Shown here one piece after another: positions 41,490 through 51,138 of a stretch of 64,000 nucleotides of DNA (the first letter of the stretch is position 1; the number at the start of each line of letters is the position of its first letter). The stretch comes from an uncultured Candidatus Entotheonella sp. (lineage in GTDB: Bacteria > Tectomicrobia > Entotheonellia > Entotheonellales > Entotheonellaceae). Made by a program: the position numbers and the translations under genes. The notes beneath the pieces were generated by a model. It saw only the letters and a program-made list of their open reading frames with translations, was not told the DNA's origin and ran no database searches. Location: NCBI GenBank assembly GCA_965215335.1, contig CBDCDA010000001.1, positions 192,001 through 256,000 on the forward strand, in the 5' to 3' direction.

Positions 41490-44180
41490 ATGGCGACCAT
41501 GTACGACTTTCACGACGTGGCGCGACTGCCGGCCCCCGGCGACAACGTCGCCATCGCCTCGCGGCGGCTGGAGGCCGGCAGCGAGGTGGTCAGCGGCGGT
41601 GAGCGGTTACGGCTGGACCACACCCTGCTGGAAGGCCATCGCTTCGCCCGGCAACCCATCGACACCGGCATGGGGCTGCTGTCGTGGGGCCTGCCGTTCG
41701 GTTACGCCAGCCGCGACATCGGGCCCGGAACGTACGTCTGCAACGCGAGAATTCTCGCGGCGCTGCGCGGCCGCAACGTCGATTTCGCCCTGCCGACCGA
41801 GGCCAATTTCACCGACAAGATCACCCCATACCTGCTGGACGAGGCGCGTTTCCAGCCCGGCGAGCAGGTGGCGCGCCACGACACGCCCGGCACCTTCCTG
41901 GGTTACGCGCGCGGCGGCGCACGGGGTGTCGGCACCCGCAACCACGTCGTCATTCTCGGCACCTCGTCGCGCACGGCCGGCTACGCCCGCGCCCTGGAAG
42001 ACCGCCTGCGCGGCCTGGCGGGGGAGTACGCGAACGTCGATGGCATCGTCGCCGTGGCGCACACCGAGGGCGGCGGCAGCGAGCAACCCAACAATCTCGA
42101 CTTCGTGCTGCGCACCCTGAGCGGCTTCGTGGTACACCCGAACGTCGGCGCCGTGCTGGCGGTGGACTACGGCACCGAAACGATCACCAACGCCCTGGTC
42201 CGCGACTACATGGCGGCGCACGACTACCCACTGGCGGACGTGCCGCACCATTTTCTCAGTCTGGCGGGTCGGTTCCAGGACGACCTGGCGCGCGGGGAGG
42301 AGATGGTCCGCAGCTGGCTGCCGCAGGTGAACGCCGTCACACGCAGCGAGCAATCCCTGGCACACGTCAACGTGGCGCTGCAATGCGGCGGCTCCGACGC
42401 CTTTTCGGGCATCTCGGGCAATCCGCTGTCCGCCTGGGTGGCGCGCGAGATCATCCGCCATGGTGGCGCTGCCAGCCTGGCGGAGACCGATGAGCTGATC
42501 GGCGCCGAGGCGTACGTGCTGCAGAACGTGCGCGACCTCGAAACGGCGCGGAAATTTCTGGCCACCGTCGCCGAATTCAAGGAGCGGGTGGCCTGGCACG
42601 GTCACACCGCCGAGGGCAATCCGACCGGCGGCAACATGTTTCGCGGCCTGTACAACATCGTCCTCAAATCTCTCGGCGCCGCCATGAAACGCCACCCCGA
42701 GGTGCGCCTGGATTACGTCATCGACTACGGCGAGCGCATGCGACAGCCGGGCTATTACTTCATGAACAGCCCCGGCAACGATCTGGAGAGCATCGCCGGG
42801 CAGGTGGCGGCGGGCGCCAACCTGATCTTCTTCATCACGGGCAACGGCTCCATCACCAATTTCCCCTTCGTGCCGACTCTCAAAGTGGTCACGACCAGCC
42901 AGCGCTTCGAGATGTTGCAGCGGGACATGGACGTGAACGCCGGGGCGTATCAGGACGGCACGCCGATGGACGAGCTGGGCAAAAGCATGTTCGACCTCAC
43001 CGTGGCGGCGGCTTCCGGCGCCCGCACCAAGGGCGAAAGGGCAGGGCACGCGCAGGTGTCGCTGTGGCGCGACTGGCGGCAGACCGACGGCAGCAATCTC
43101 GAGCGCCTGCAACAGGCGCCATCACCCGACGGCGCGGCCTTGTCGGTAATGTCGGCAAGGGCAGCAGCACCAGCGCAGACCTTCCAGGCCGTGCGGACTT
43201 CCGACGGCGTCGCCAGCGACCAGATCGGCCTGTTGTTGCCCACCAGCCTGTGTTCCAGCCAGATCGCCCGCCTGATCGCCAACAAGCTCAACGCCGCCTT
43301 TACCGGCAACCGCGGGGTGTCGCGCTTCGTGGCGCTGCCGCACACCGAGGGTTGCGGCGTCTCCGGCGGTCACTCGGAGGCCATGTACGCACGCACCACG
43401 CTGGGCTATCTGACGCACCCGCTGGTGCGCTTCGGCCTGCTGCTGGAGCACGGCTGCGAGAAGACCCACAACGATTACATGGCCAATCAACTCGCCAGCC
43501 GGGGCGTAGACCGGCAATGCTTCGGCTGGGCCAGCGTGCAACTGGACGGCGGCATCGAACAGGTGACCGAGAAGGTCGAGGCGTGGTTCGGCGAAGCGCT
43601 GGGCGGGCTTCCCGACCCCGAATGGGCCGCCGCCGGTCTCGACGCGCTGCGCCTCGGCCTGCTGGACAGCGGCACGGTGCCCGACGCCGCGGCCGAGCAG
43701 CTGGCCCATTTGACCGCCGCCATCGTCAGCGCCGGCGGCACGGTGGTGCTGCCCGGCAACGCTTCTCTGCTGTCTTCGGCGGCGTACCTCGACAACCTGA
43801 AAACGAGGTCGTCGATCGCGGCGTCGCTGGCTTATGGGCAGACCGCCACGCCGGGGCTGCACGTCATGGAGACCCCGACGCGTCACTGGGTGGAAACGCT
43901 GACCGGCCTCGGCGCTACGGGCGTGGAGATCATGCTGGCGCACGTGTCCGGCCCGCCGTTGCAGGCGCATCCCATGATCCCGCTGCTGCAGATGGCCAGC
44001 GGCGCGGAAACGGCATGGTCGGCGGACATGGACCTGACGCTCGACGATGGCGCGTCGTGGACCGAGGCCCTCCTGCCCCTGGTGCTGTCGGTCGCCTCGC
44101 GCGCCTACGTGCCGAAGCTGTACGAGCAGGGGAACACCGATTTTCAGGTGTCGCGGGGCCTGTTGGGCATTTCGATGTGA
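41490..44180 (+). CDS. UxaA/GarD family sugar-acid dehydratase, long form
   Basis: N-terminal SAF-like [29 protein letters not shown]; second HTEGCG segment. Confidence 0.85.
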   Translation: MATMYDFHDVARLPAPGDNVAIASRRLEAGSEVVSGGERLRLDHTLLEGHRFARQPIDTGMGLLSWGLPFGYASRDIGPGTYVCNARILAALRGRNVDFALPTEANFTDKITPYLLDEARFQPGEQVARHDTPGTFLGYARGGARGVGTRNHVVILGTSSRTAGYARALEDRLRGLAGEYANVDGIVAVAHTEGGGSEQPNNLDFVLRTLSGFVVHPNVGAVLAVDYGTETITNALVRDYMAAHDYPLADVPHHFLSLAGRFQDDLARGEEMVRSWLPQVNAVTRSEQSLAHVNVALQCGGSDAFSGISGNPLSAWVAREIIRHGGAASLAETDELIGAEAYVLQNVRDLETARKFLATVAEFKERVAWHGHTAEGNPTGGNMFRGLYNIVLKSLGAAMKRHPEVRLDYVIDYGERMRQPGYYFMNSPGNDLESIAGQVAAGANLIFFITGNGSITNFPFVPTLKVVTTSQRFEMLQRDMDVNAGAYQDGTPMDELGKSMFDLTVAAASGARTKGERAGHAQVSLWRDWRQTDGSNLERLQQAPSPDGAALSVMSARAAAPAQTFQAVRTSDGVASDQIGLLLPTSLCSSQIARLIANKLNAAFTGNRGVSRFVALPHTEGCGVSGGHSEAMYARTTLGYLTHPLVRFGLLLEHGCEKTHNDYMANQLASRGVDRQCFGWASVQLDGGIEQVTEKVEAWFGEALGGLPDPEWAAAGLDALRLGLLDSGTVPDAAAEQLAHLTAAIVSAGGTVVLPGNASLLSSAAYLDNLKTRSSIAASLAYGQTATPGLHVMETPTRHWVETLTGLGATGVEIMLAHVSGPPLQAHPMIPLLQMASGAETAWSADMDLTLDDGASWTEALLPLVLSVASRAYVPKLYEQGNTDFQVSRGLLGISM

Positions 44181-44328
44181 CAGGGAGTCGGGTCGTGACT
44201 CGACTCGCAAAATCGGCAGCGCGGGGATGGCCTTGCGAATCCACGCGCCTGATCTTGCACGTTGTTGCAAATGACGCGATCAGCAACAGCGTCTCTGACA
44301 GCGAGTCAAGCGAGGCTGCGGTTGGCGT

Positions 44329-47079
44329 TCACGACTTCTCGATCCGCATTCGGTCCCCCAGCCCGAGGTCATCGAGAATCTGTTGCAAGTCTGTCTGCAT
44401 ATTTCCGGCAAACGCAGCTTCGACACGAACGCGGCACTCGACGCGCATGCTGAGTTCATTGCCCGAGCGCAGCTTGGGCAATACTCTGGTTCCGAACCGG
44501 TTCCAGCTTTCCGGGGGTACCGCGCCGGCAAGTCGAAGCGTTACTTTCGATTGATCCTGGGAGGGTTCGGAAACGGGTTCGGGGATCGGGGCAGACGCCG
44601 GCTGCGGCACAGGTTCCGACGTCGTACTCGTGGCAGGGGTCGCCTTGAGCGCTGCCGCCTTGACCCTGGTCAGCAGGAAGACACTGGATTCAAACGCGAT
44701 CTCTTCGGGCGGCACCGGCTCCGCATACCACAGCCGGCCGTAGCTGCCATCGTCCCGGACGTTGGATGCCAGACCGAATTCCCCCCGTGCCACGAACACG
44801 GAGAGCTGTTGCCGGAGGACCGTATCGGGATCAACCAGCCGCGTCAACGAGCCGTCGAGGAAACTCTGCCGCAAACCCGTGATGGGCCAGGCCCCCGTCT
44901 CTGCCAATGTCGGTGGCCAATGGCGGTCGAGGTAACCAGAGCTGACGCTCTCGTTCAGCAGGGCCTCGGACCTCAGGGCGCTGATAATCCGCCCGCAGAG
45001 CGTTTCGCTGGCGCTGGCATGACCTGCCCCGAGGTCGATGATCCGGAGCCCGTGCGGCGCCTGCGTATCCAAGAGGGCCACGAAGCGGTAGCCAGCCCAC
45101 ACCTCGTCCCTGGCGGCTTCCTCTGCGTCTTTGAGCCTGGCCTGTACTTCAGCACGGTCGGCGCGGTCGAGCTCGGTGCCCAGGACGCCTTCCGCTACCT
45201 CCTGTGCGACGCGCTGCCAGGCAAGCCACAAGGCCACCTTTTCCCGCAATTCACGACCCGGTTTCTTGGCACACCACACCAGCGAGCCCGGGTAGCGTCG
45301 AGGTGACTGGCCCCGTTCCCTGGTCCAGCACGCAACGCGCTCGACCACCTCGCTGCCACGGTTCCATTCCATCTCGGGAGCGAGAACGACCAGTGTCAAG
45401 CGGGGAGAATCCGACACCGCGGCGCTGTCTTCAGGGAAGCAGGCCACGGAGAGCGTGGCGCCTTGCCTGAACGTGCCCTCGACCAGCTTGCGGGTGGCCG
45501 GCTTGACGTCCGTTTCTTCGTCCAGCGAAGCCTGCCGGTCGCTGACCACCTTTCGCAGCGTTGCCTGGTGGTGCATGCGATAGCCGTCGGTCCCGATCTT
45601 TCGAATAAAGAATCCACGCGCCTCCAGCGATGTTGCAGCACTGTCGATCGTGGTGGTATCCACATCCGGGTCGCCCAGCGCGAAACGCAGTTCAGGCAGG
45701 TGGGCCACCTTGTCAACCTGCCCGCCGGAAGACTCGAACAGGATGGTGGTGCCGACGCGGCGGTGAATGTCGCGCAGCGCGCCGGTGGCATCTGCATCCA
45801 GCGCTCGGGCATGCGCCAGCGGCCCGGCGAGGTCGGCGTCGATGGCCGCGTCGAGCCGCGCTTCCCCCAGTTGACCGAGAATCACGGCGCGAAATTCCGG
45901 CACGTGCAAAGGCGCCGAGCCCAGGGTAATCAGGGGTTCTGTTCGCGCCTTCCGAAACTGCTCGCCAGCGGCCCAGGAAATCCACTGCGCCAGCATGGCC
46001 AGCGCCCCCCGGGTCTGCTGGAACTGGGCGAGCGCACGCCACTTGCGCTGGAAGACGGAGAGCGTTGCCGGGTGAAAGGGATAGCACGCCTCGAAGCGCC
46101 CCCGCAGGAACTCCCTGGCCTTGGCCGCGGTCCTTGCGGTGTCCACCGCCAGCCATTCATTCGGCAGGCGGGCGGTGCGCTCGAAGCACCAGTCCGCGTA
46201 GGTCCTGGCGACCCGCCGGCGGATACGCTCAGGGCCGAGGTCCTTGAACAGTCGCCGGCGCACCACGTCGCTGATTTCCGATTCGTCGTTGGCGATCAGG
46301 TCCTGGGCGACGCGCCGCACCACCTTGGTGAGGCGCTCTTGCCACTGCTGGTCCCAATCGGTCATTTCGACCTGGCTGCGCGGCAGGCTGATGACCGCTG
46401 CGGCCTGCGTGGCGCCGGTGACGGCGACGGTCAGGTTCTGGATGAAGGCGTGAAAGCTGTCGGCCATGTTGCGGTGCCGGTTGACGAAGTTGAGCACCTC
46501 GTCGAACAGGATCAGCACGGGCGCCTGCGCGGCGGCGAAGACGCTCGCCAGGGCTTGCGTTCCTGGCGGCGTGGTGCGTGCCACCGGGCCGAGCGCGGCG
46601 ACGCCCGGCTCGCCCGCCAGCTGGCGGGCGAGGTCGATCCAGGGGGTTTCGCGGCCGTCTGCCGGGTCCCAGGCGTTGCCGACGAAGACGGCGACGCGTG
46701 CGGCAGGGACTGCCGCCATGCCGGCGTCGCTCAGGAGGTCTGTCACGCCCGGGAGCCTGACGGCTTCCGGGCCGGCCTTGGCCAGGTGGTAGAGCATCGT
46801 CAGGGTGTGCGTCTTGCCGCCGCCGAACTGGGTGACCAGGGTAAGTACCGGCGCGGTGTTCCTGGTCTGGCCGGCCAGGCGCCGCAGGACCCTGCCGGCA
46901 TGGTCCTTCAGCGCTCGCGTAAAGCAGGTGCGCGAGAAAAACTGCTCCGGGTCGCGGTAGTCTGCGGGCGCGGTTCCGGCGACCACCTGTTCCAGGGCGA
47001 TGGCGAACTCGTCCGGGCTGAATGAGCGGCCTTCGCGCACTTCCTTGCGTAGCGTGACGACCTTGTACCAGGGATCCAT
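44329..47079 (-). CDS. DUF499 AAA+ ATPase (HmaC-like), without the N-terminal HEPN domain
   Basis: [39 protein letters not shown]; paralog of 17915-21250. Confidence 0.88.
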   Translation of the reverse strand: MDPWYKVVTLRKEVREGRSFSPDEFAIALEQVVAGTAPADYRDPEQFFSRTCFTRALKDHAGRVLRRLAGQTRNTAPVLTLVTQFGGGKTHTLTMLYHLAKAGPEAVRLPGVTDLLSDAGMAAVPAARVAVFVGNAWDPADGRETPWIDLARQLAGEPGVAALGPVARTTPPGTQALASVFAAAQAPVLILFDEVLNFVNRHRNMADSFHAFIQNLTVAVTGATQAAAVISLPRSQVEMTDWDQQWQERLTKVVRRVAQDLIANDESEISDVVRRRLFKDLGPERIRRRVARTYADWCFERTARLPNEWLAVDTARTAAKAREFLRGRFEACYPFHPATLSVFQRKWRALAQFQQTRGALAMLAQWISWAAGEQFRKARTEPLITLGSAPLHVPEFRAVILGQLGEARLDAAIDADLAGPLAHARALDADATGALRDIHRRVGTTILFESSGGQVDKVAHLPELRFALGDPDVDTTTIDSAATSLEARGFFIRKIGTDGYRMHHQATLRKVVSDRQASLDEETDVKPATRKLVEGTFRQGATLSVACFPEDSAAVSDSPRLTLVVLAPEMEWNRGSEVVERVACWTRERGQSPRRYPGSLVWCAKKPGRELREKVALWLAWQRVAQEVAEGVLGTELDRADRAEVQARLKDAEEAARDEVWAGYRFVALLDTQAPHGLRIIDLGAGHASASETLCGRIISALRSEALLNESVSSGYLDRHWPPTLAETGAWPITGLRQSFLDGSLTRLVDPDTVLRQQLSVFVARGEFGLASNVRDDGSYGRLWYAEPVPPEEIAFESSVFLLTRVKAAALKATPATSTTSEPVPQPASAPIPEPVSEPSQDQSKVTLRLAGAVPPESWNRFGTRVLPKLRSGNELSMRVECRVRVEAAFAGNMQTDLQQILDDLGLGDRMRIEKS

Positions 47080-47453
47080 CAGGGATTACCTCTTTTCTCG
47101 TATTCTCCGCAGCGTATTCGCACGCGGTTTTGCGTCACCACGATGAGCGTGCCTTCGAGCATCGCATCTGGATGGTGCTCAAGCAGTTCGAGCATGGCGG
47201 CCACCTTCTCTGTAACCCGCATCTCGACGAAACGGATGATGCAGGGGTGCGGCAGACGGCGGACAAATACCAATTCGCCAAAGTCCTTGTCTTCGGTGAT
47301 GAGTACTCGCTGCTCTTGCCAGGCCAGGGCAAGGAGCGCTTCATCCGTGGCGCGGGGGGCTTTTTCCAGAGCCGAAAGGACGTCGTGACCCAGCTCGGTC
47401 AGCATCGCGCACAGGCTGCGGGACGCCACGCAGACGTCGAGCAGGAATTTCAT
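47079..47453 (-). CDS. DUF5615 PIN-like (VapC45-type) toxin
   Basis: MKFLLD..GHDV..DEALL..RVLITEDKDFGEL; TGATG overlap with the ATPase start. Confidence 0.88.
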   Translation of the reverse strand: MKFLLDVCVASRSLCAMLTELGHDVLSALEKAPRATDEALLALAWQEQRVLITEDKDFGELVFVRRLPHPCIIRFVEMRVTEKVAAMLELLEHHPDAMLEGTLIVVTQNRVRIRCGEYEKRGNP

Positions 47454-47707
47454 CTTGCCTGCCGAACGGTCATGCGTTCATGTACGTGTTCGCCGGTCAG
47501 TGAACGGTGCGCGAACAGCAGACACGCCCGGATGTCCTCGGCCTCGAGGATGGGATATTCCTTGAGAATGCTTTCGGTGGTATCACCGGCTGCGAGCATT
47601 CCCAGGACGTGCTCTACCGCGATGCGCAGGTCGCGGATAATGGGCTTGCCGCCGAAGACGTCCGACCGCACGGTGATGCGGTCAAGCAGTTCGGTCTCAG
47701 CCGTCAT
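47450..47707 (-). CDS. DUF433 antitoxin
   Basis: RITVRSDVFGGKPIIRDLRIAVE..YPILEAEDIRACL. Confidence 0.88.
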   Translation of the reverse strand: MTAETELLDRITVRSDVFGGKPIIRDLRIAVEHVLGMLAAGDTTESILKEYPILEAEDIRACLLFAHRSLTGEHVHERMTVRQAR

Positions 47708-47738
47708 GGTTTTTTCCTTCCGTGGCTTGTAGCTTTGA

Positions 47739-50702
47739 CTACCTCGGCACGGCCAGCAGCATGGCGTCGAGCAGGCGCTTTTCCTCGCTGCCGCGCGGGT
47801 ACAGGGCGGACAGCGCGTTGGCCAGGCGCAGGAAGTCGGGACCGCGTTCCTGCTCGTCGGTGATCCATTTCCGCAAGGCGCTTGCGTGGCCGCTGGCCTG
47901 AAACAGCATGGCGGCATGCACGCGGTCCAGCGTGGTGGCGCCGGTTGTCCGGGGTTCGGCGTCAGCCCTGACGCCTGTTTGCTTCCCGCGGCGGCGGCCG
48001 GTCCTGGGCGCGGCGTCCATCTCCGGAAAGAGCGTTTGCTGCGGGTTGGCCTGCGGGTCGTTCGCGATCGAGTCGGCAGCGGCCGCAGCGCCGTCCTTGC
48101 CGAAGAGGTCCTTGGTTCGCTCGGCCACCGGCAGCAGGCGCACGATACCCTTGTCCTGGCCGATGATGCGGCCGGTCCAGTGGTCGAGGTCGATGCCCAT
48201 GGGCTGGGCGAAGCGGCGCACCACGTCGAAGGGCAGGCTGAAGCCCTTGGTCGCTGTCCTGGTGGTGACGTCGTCGTTACCGGTGTCGTCTTCCGGTTCC
48301 GGCCGGTCGTTTTCCCGGGCGGTGTCCGTACTCTGGAGGGTCCACAGGAAGAGCGCGGTCAGGCGGGCGTCTTCTTCCAGGGCGCCGCTGAAGCCGTTTC
48401 TCGCCTGTGCTTCGGCGGCACCGAGTATTTCATTCAGCGCGGCGCGGCCGACGACCTCCCAGACTTTTTCCAGGTAGTCGGGCAGGCTGACCGTGCGGCC
48501 GTCGGCGGTTTCGACAGCCTGGTAGCGGCTGAAGATTTCCAGGGCCGGGCCGATGCAGGCGAAGACGAGATCGGCGCCGCGCACGCCCTCGTCTTGCAGC
48601 CGGTCCATCCAGTCGGCGACGCGGACCGGCAGTTCGCGCAGGACGTCGGCCCAATCGCCGACGGGAGCGTTGTCGGGACGCGGGCGGCAGATGAGATGGA
48701 TGCTGGTGGCGAGCGCGGCGGAGTCGCGGGCGCGCAGACGCGATCCCATTTCTGTGGCAATGGGCCAGGAGCCGGTGATGGTCCAGCCGCCGCGAATCAT
48801 GCCCGAAAGCAGCGCTTCCCAGCCCTCGGTGGTCTTGTGAGCGAAAACGACCGAGCCGATGCCGTCTTCGTCGAGCACGCGGCGACCTTCGGCGAAGGCT
48901 TTCGCCATTGTCTCTTCGAACCACTGGCGGTCTTTCGGTCGGCCGTTGTGGTGCTTCGTCTCATCCTGTACGACCTCGGCTGTCTTGGGGGAGAGAGGAT
49001 TGACCGGATCGAACGGATCCCGCAGTAACGGGTTATCGGGTAGCGTGCGCCTGAGCCAGACGAGAAAGAAGTCGGACAGGTCCGCATAGGGAATCGCGTC
49101 GTAGTAGGGCGGGTCGGTGAACCATATCTGGGCAGCCCAGTCGGGCAAAGGATGGTTCGCAGCATCGGCCGTTTGAACCTGGCCAGTTGGAGCAAGGGTG
49201 TTTTGAAGACTCTCGGCTATCTTTGCACACCACTCGACGGCAGCCGTGTAATTGCCGGAAGAAGCACACCATGGATTTACTTCCGTGTAATCCCAGATCA
49301 CGGGGAGAGCTTGTCTCCCATACGTGTGATTGACCTTCTCACCGGTCAGATGCCAAGAACACAAAGCTGACCAATAGTCGGCAGACCGATCCACCGCCAG
49401 TACGAGCAGATTCCGAAGTGGCTTGTCGTCGATTCCTACGCTTCGTGTGAGCACCACCAACGCCACCTTCTGCCGCGCCGTGAACAGGTCGCCCCACTGG
49501 AGCATGCCGTAGCGTTGTACGCGGAAGCCGAGCGTCCCAATCGGTGGCAGTGGCTCATCCGGCACCGGGCAAAGCCCCTGCTTGCCGCCGCGTTCCCATT
49601 CGCCGAGGATCTCCGCCAGCCGTGCTTGCGACCGGCATGCCGCCGCGTAGTCCGAATCCGTCGGCAGCCGGTAATGCCGCCCGGCCTGTCCGGGCTTGAG
49701 CGTCACCACCGCGGTCAGGCGCGCCCCGCCGGTCCGTCGGCCCGCCGCATCGAAGACCACGTCCGCCCCGCCGTGCTGCGCGGCAAGCTGCGCCCGCACC
49801 CGTTCCGGCGGCAGCACCGCGCCGCAACACAGACAAGTCGCCCGCGCCCGCGTTACCGTGCCGCCGTGTACTTCTCTGTCCGTCTGTGGCTCGAACACCT
49901 CGAACGCGACGCGCGGCGATCCACCCTCGCAGTGCTCGACTCGGTGTCGCAGCGCCCGCTTGCGCCTGGGCTTCCTGCACAGCCAGAACGAGCGCATGAG
50001 CGGAATCTCCGCGCCGCAGTTCGGCGCCTCGCAGCGCACGGTTCTGGCCCACAGGTAGGCAATCGGCGTGGCGCCGTCCGGGTCTGGCGGGTAGAGGTCC
50101 GCCAGTTCCCGTTCGGCCTGCCGCTTGATGTCGCCGCCGGCCTTGCGCAGGTCGTCCGCCAGTCCCGGCCCGTGGCGCGGGATGTCTTCGAGCATCACCT
50201 TGAGAATCAGGCACGCCACCGGATTGAGGTCGCTGGCAAACGCTTCGCAGCCGAGGCGCAGCGCCTCCAGCGGGATCGAGCCGCCGCCCGCGAACGGGTC
50301 TGCTACCAGGGGCGGCGCCTCGCCGTGCGCGGCCTGCATCAGGCCGCGCACGACTTCAAGGTAGGTGGGATGGGCGGCGACGTCCCAGTTGGCAACGTCA
50401 GCGATGAACTTCAGCAAGCCGCGCTGCAAGTCTGTGTCGGTCTTGCCTGCGCCGCAGCCGACGGCTGGAAGGCGTATGCGCGCCTCTTCCCTGAACGCTT
50501 CCGGGCAGTGTCGGTCGCACGGGTCCGGCAGCAACAGCGCCAGCAGCACCGCCCGCGACGAGGCCAGCGGCCGCCGCGCCCACCACAGGTGCAGGGTGCT
50601 CGGATGCCCGTGGCGGATCGACTTCTCCCGCGCCGCGTGCCTGGAGACCTCGGCAATCGGGAAGTCCACCTCGGCGAGGCGTTTGCATTCCCTGGGGATC
50701 AT
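47739..50702 (-). CDS. DUF1156 amino-DNA methyltransferase (HmaB-like)
   Basis: [21 protein letters not shown], zinc-ribbon Cys pairs, FTDPPY. Confidence 0.9.
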   Translation of the reverse strand: MIPRECKRLAEVDFPIAEVSRHAAREKSIRHGHPSTLHLWWARRPLASSRAVLLALLLPDPCDRHCPEAFREEARIRLPAVGCGAGKTDTDLQRGLLKFIADVANWDVAAHPTYLEVVRGLMQAAHGEAPPLVADPFAGGGSIPLEALRLGCEAFASDLNPVACLILKVMLEDIPRHGPGLADDLRKAGGDIKRQAERELADLYPPDPDGATPIAYLWARTVRCEAPNCGAEIPLMRSFWLCRKPRRKRALRHRVEHCEGGSPRVAFEVFEPQTDREVHGGTVTRARATCLCCGAVLPPERVRAQLAAQHGGADVVFDAAGRRTGGARLTAVVTLKPGQAGRHYRLPTDSDYAAACRSQARLAEILGEWERGGKQGLCPVPDEPLPPIGTLGFRVQRYGMLQWGDLFTARQKVALVVLTRSVGIDDKPLRNLLVLAVDRSADYWSALCSWHLTGEKVNHTYGRQALPVIWDYTEVNPWCASSGNYTAAVEWCAKIAESLQNTLAPTGQVQTADAANHPLPDWAAQIWFTDPPYYDAIPYADLSDFFLVWLRRTLPDNPLLRDPFDPVNPLSPKTAEVVQDETKHHNGRPKDRQWFEETMAKAFAEGRRVLDEDGIGSVVFAHKTTEGWEALLSGMIRGGWTITGSWPIATEMGSRLRARDSAALATSIHLICRPRPDNAPVGDWADVLRELPVRVADWMDRLQDEGVRGADLVFACIGPALEIFSRYQAVETADGRTVSLPDYLEKVWEVVGRAALNEILGAAEAQARNGFSGALEEDARLTALFLWTLQSTDTARENDRPEPEDDTGNDDVTTRTATKGFSLPFDVVRRFAQPMGIDLDHWTGRIIGQDKGIVRLLPVAERTKDLFGKDGAAAAADSIANDPQANPQQTLFPEMDAAPRTGRRRGKQTGVRADAEPRTTGATTLDRVHAAMLFQASGHASALRKWITDEQERGPDFLRLANALSALYPRGSEEKRLLDAMLLAVPR

Positions 50703-50780
50703 GGACTTTTTACCAAGACTCGGGACGACGGATTTCTACCGGACGGACCAGGAACACTCAAGATTGGTTTCGGATACGTA

Positions 50781-50959
50781 TGGCTTCCTCGATCGCGCTG
50801 GCGAGTGGTTGGCGACACAACGACGCCGAAGGCAGGGATGCCTTCGTTCCGGTGCAGTCTCCCTTCATTTGGGAGTGGTTTGCGACTCGAGAAATCCGTA
50901 GCCAAGACAGCAGCGCTTCGAGCGGTGCAGTCTCCCTTCATTTGGGAGTGGTTTGCGAC
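50781..50959 (-). CRISPR. Type VI-A mini CRISPR array: two identical 36-bp repeats, two spacers, one degenerate terminal repeat
   Basis: Repeats at 50924-50959 and 50851-50886, crRNA sense GTCGCAAACCACTCCCAAATGAAGGGAGACTGCACC (possibly 37 bp, since both are followed by G). Spacers 50887-50923 (37 nt) and 50817-50850 (34 nt). 50801-50816 matches the repeat 5' part at 14/16. The CTCCC/GGGAG stem with an AC bulge matches Cas13a repeat structure. Confidence 0.9.
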
Positions 50960-51138
50960 GGCCTCGATGAAAGTACCTGATTTCATTCGCATAAAACGGC
51001 TATTTGCGAGAGGTCCCGTGACGAGCCGGCGCCAGCGCTGCCAAAGGGGGGCGGAAAGCCATGATTTTCAACTATTTCCCGCCTTCGTGTCAACGCCATT
51101 GAGCGTTCAGCACTGGACCGCTCGCAGGGTGTCGGCAG
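50960..51138 (-). promoter_or_regulatory. CRISPR leader
   Basis: Non-coding 179 bp between the cas13a stop and the first repeat; TTGACA on the minus strand at 51088-51093; 10/11 inverted repeat at 51005-51015 and 51116-51126. Confidence 0.7.

Noticed and set aside
50728..50899. 10-nt complementarity between spacer 1 (50890-50899) and the MTase 5' region (50728-50737) as self-regulation
   Set aside because: The match is short, lies at spacer positions 25-34 away from the central seed, and was found post hoc; too weak to claim.
50887..50923. Protospacer for spacer 1 within the window
   Set aside because: By eye only 10-11-nt matches were found; the target is unknown without a database search.
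50699..50992. 97-aa ORF across the array
   Set aside because: It is a translation of CRISPR repeats and spacers.
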